This document shows, piece by piece, positions 60,991 to 64,000 of a stretch of 64,000 nucleotides of DNA. Under the pieces are notes generated by a model. That model worked only from the letters and a program-made list of their open reading frames with translations. It had not been told where the DNA came from and made no database searches. A program made the translations under genes and the position numbers. Positions within the stretch are counted from its first letter, which is position 1. The number at the start of each line of letters is the position of its first letter. The DNA is from the human T2T-CHM13v2.0 reference genome, Homo sapiens: NCBI RefSeq assembly GCF_009914755.1, contig NC_060936.1; one strand, given 5' to 3'.

Positions 60991-62236
60991 AGAAGAAATA
61001 TGATTATCAGCCAAATGAATCATACCCCTATCATGTGGCTACAGGAATTTGGAGAACAGAGAGATTGGTTGAGGCAGATTGTTATTGGAAAGCTTTTCCC
61101 AAGGTCTTGAAATTTGAGCTGAGGTAAAAGAGTTGACAGGTTTGGAATAATCTGAGAAAACATGAAAGGTATATGTGGAAAGCATAAAGCATGTTACCAG
61201 GCACTAGGTAAACTGGATAGGTGAGAGGTCCAGACTCTTAAGGTTCTTGGAAGGAATGGCCTGGGTTTGTGTAGGAGAGCATTTGGGAGAAAAGGATGGG
61301 AAATTGGATTGTAGCTCATTATGGGAAACCTTAAATTCAAAGTGTGGCTTTGGGACTCCTGTAAGCTATGGAGAGATCTGAACAAGTTTTGAATTGATGA
61401 AGGTTTATCAGCCAAGATTTTTTGGTCATAAGTAACAGAAACCAATTCTTTTTAACCTAAAAGAAAAAAAAAAAGATCAAAAGGTTACAGGAGTGGTGAG
61501 CACTAGCTATTGGAAAGTAGAAGAACCAGGTCTCAAAGGACTAATATGAGGGCCATACCAGAGAGAGCTACAGGACAGAAGCCAATGGACAGTCTTGTTA
61601 GGGCACCACTGAGAAGGTGACCTTTCAGATACTGCAGTACAGCCAAGGCTCTTTGTAGACCAGGAGCTATAACAGAAAGCTATAACTGAAGAAGTAATCT
61701 ACTAGCTGTGTGTCCTTGGTCAAGTTATTTAACCACTCTGTGCCTTAGCCTTCTCATCTGCAAAATGGGAATAATGTGCCTGCCTCAGAAGAATGCTGTG
61801 AAGTTTGGAGGCATTAATATACATAAAGCATTTAGAAAACTGTCTGGAAATCAGTGAGTGTTATAGAAGTATTAAATATTACCCCATGTGAAATATATCA
61901 TACCTTAATGTAGTTAAGGTTTTGCCAGCATTGTCCAATAGAAAACTATTGAACACTTAAAAAGTGGCCACTGCCAACACAGGAAATAAATATAAATTTT
62001 ATTTCATTTAAATTTAAATAGCCAGACATGGCTAGTCATTATTATACTGGACAGTACAGATCTAGATAAATCATTTTTATGCTACTGTTTCTTAAAATTA
62101 CCTTTAGTATATAGTATTTTGTTAGCAAATTCCTTGAAGATTCCAAGTCTCTCTTGTTTGTTGCTGTATCTTTGATGCTTAGAGTTTGAGTTCAGTAAAT
62201 AATTGTTTAAGAAACAGCTGAATACTTCAATCTTAC

Positions 62237-62334
62237 GTTGACTCTGAAACGTAGATCTGCAGCCTCCTTGTCTTTCACAGAAACCTGTCTTATTTCAAAG
62301 GAATATGTAAGCATTTCTCTTCTGAGGAGCCAGC
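62237..62334 (-). pseudogene. Fossil exon candidate, 98 nt
   Basis: Acceptor TTCTTTCTACCGCTCTGTAAG, donor AAC|GTAAGA; open frame WLLRREMLTYSFEIRQVSVKDKEAADLRFRVN ending in phase 0. Confidence 0.5.
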
Positions 62335-62549
62335 CTTACAGAGCGGTAGAAAGAAGTCTTCTTATAAACAGGGACTTGGTTGTTTTGTTCACTGCTATAT
62401 CTCTAGAAGTTAGACAAGGACCTATCTTATAGAAAGTTTCCAATAAATATTTATTGAATAAGAATGAATGAGCAGCCAATGTCCTATATAGGAAAACCTC
62501 TCTCCTTGATTCCGTGGTGAATTATTTCTTTAAAGGTGATAATCAGTAG

Positions 62550-62760
62550 TTATAGCCAGCATATATTGATTGTTGCTCTACCAGTTGGTTCCTCTGTGCT
62601 CTTTCCCAGTCTTATCCCATTTAAACCTCTCATCAACCCTTCAAGGTGAGGAAACTGAGGCACAAAGAGGCTAAGTAACTTGCTCAAGTCATCACAGCTG
62701 GTAAGAGCAGAGCCAAGGTTTGATTCAGGAAGCCTAAATTTCAAGCCCAGACCGAACTGT
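62550..62760 (-). mobile_element. MIR
   Basis: GAGGAAACTGAGGCACAAAGAGGCTAAGTAACTTGCTCAAG core. Confidence 0.85.
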
Positions 62761-63091
62761 CTCATGACGATGAATGCCAATGCATTACATTGTCTGGCCA
62801 TGGTAAGCACTAAAAGTGCTTTCTTCCTTTTTTCTTTTTTTGCTCCTCTCTCTCATCTTTTCTCCGCTTTATCTTCCCAGTCTCATCCTAGGGCTCCACT
62901 CTGCACATTTCAGAATTCAGTGTCCCAGTGGTGTAGCCCATTTCCTGTACTTCAGCTGGGAAAGGTGTATGATTTTATCCCCTTCCTCCTGTTCTCTCTG
63001 GCTGTATTATGAACACATGTTGCAAGGTCTCATGAAAGAGGGTGCATTCCAGAGTCCCCACTTTAGATTAGACAGAGCAAATATTTACTAC

Positions 63092-63223
63092 CCCCATTCT
63101 AAGTTGAAATGAAGCGTATTGATCTTTCAATGATTCTTCTATCTCCTTCCATTTTCAAGTGTTTCCTGTGAATGTTAGAGGATGTCCTGCCACTCAGGAG
63201 CTATCATCTTTACCTTGACAGAT
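63092..63223 (-). pseudogene. Fossil exon candidate, 132 nt
   Basis: Acceptor CCCTCCAAATTTAG, weak donor GTAGTA; reads ICQGKDDSS*VAGHPLTFTGNT*KWKEIEESLKDQYASFQLRMG. Confidence 0.35.
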
Positions 63224-64000
63224 CTAAATTTGGAGGGTGAGGAGTGAAATTGAGGGGTGGAGATAGCATAGAAAAAAAAATAAAAAGCTTAAATAGGTCA
63301 CAAAATTTTGGCCCAGGAAATTTACAAATCTCAAACAAGTTACGTAAATCAAAAGAAAGGAAACATTGTTTCAGCACATAATGGACTGATTGAGATAAAA
63401 GCCAAACAAATTGAGTGTCAAAGCATTTTATAAAACTTCTCTTCACTAAGGCCCCTTTAAAGGGAAAGTGTGTAGCTCCCTCGTTCTCTAGGTAGTGAAA
63501 CTCTGCCAACAAGCAGTCGCTCTGTCCAAATCTCTGAGCCCAGTTCAGCTTCCTGCCACCTAACAACTGGATTTCACACTCTGTTGGAATGAAATCTAGA
63601 AAAGAGAGACCATAAAATTCTGTATTATCCAGTGAAATGGCAGTGTTTTGAGTCCACAGCAGTGAAATCATTGCTTTGGGTTATCTGTTAATTCCTTTGG
63701 CTAAACATTAAGCCTGGAAAGTCATCAATTACAGAAGAGAAGGGGCTTTAGTGAGACATAAAAATAAATAGTAACAGAGAAGTTGAACAGGCATGAAGCA
63801 AAGCTCTCCAGAGCCTAGGATGCTGCTTCTATGTAGTAGCCAACTCTGGCCTGTAAAATCCAGTAATCAATTGTATGAGATGTGGAGGAAATACCAGGCC
63901 AAGGATTCATCAATGCCATGTGTATATTGCCACGTAAGAGTCAACAGTTTGGGAAGTGGATGAAACTATTTTCTGGCTGGACTGGCTTGTGGACAAAAAC

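Noticed and set aside
63210-63671. 153-aa minus-strand ORF as an intact gene
   Set aside because: No recognisable domain, and its second half reads through T-rich intron-like sequence. Part may be another fossil exon (acceptor TCTCTCTTTTCTAG near 63597), but no convincing donor.

Overview
Human genomic DNA: it carries an AluYb8 and an L1HS 3' stub, both human-specific. About half or more of the window is interspersed repeat: Alus, two near-full-length minus-strand L1PA elements that each lost ORF1, older L1M/L2/MIR fragments, MaLR LTRs, MER47A/MER5A DNA transposons, a decayed MER57-type ERV1 provirus and two solo LTR2. No intact protein-coding gene is supported, and most ORF-track entries are repeat-derived or chance frames. 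The main unexplained signal is in the non-repeat DNA: a colinear series of about 18 minus-strand AG...GT-bounded segments from about 63.2 kb to about 1.2 kb. Many join in phase and read as protein-like text with scattered stops, suggesting a fossil multi-exon gene (candidate unitary pseudogene; parent not identified). One of these exons is split by an ancient MLT1 LTR and reconstitutes to an open frame; another runs into the ERV LTR. One fossil exon overlaps a CpG-retaining YY1+ETS patch that may drive a plus-strand spliced lncRNA. Four short local duplications (one inverted) lie in the first 25 kb. Repeat subfamily names come from recalled consensus sequences, not a database run; exon models and alignments were done by eye.
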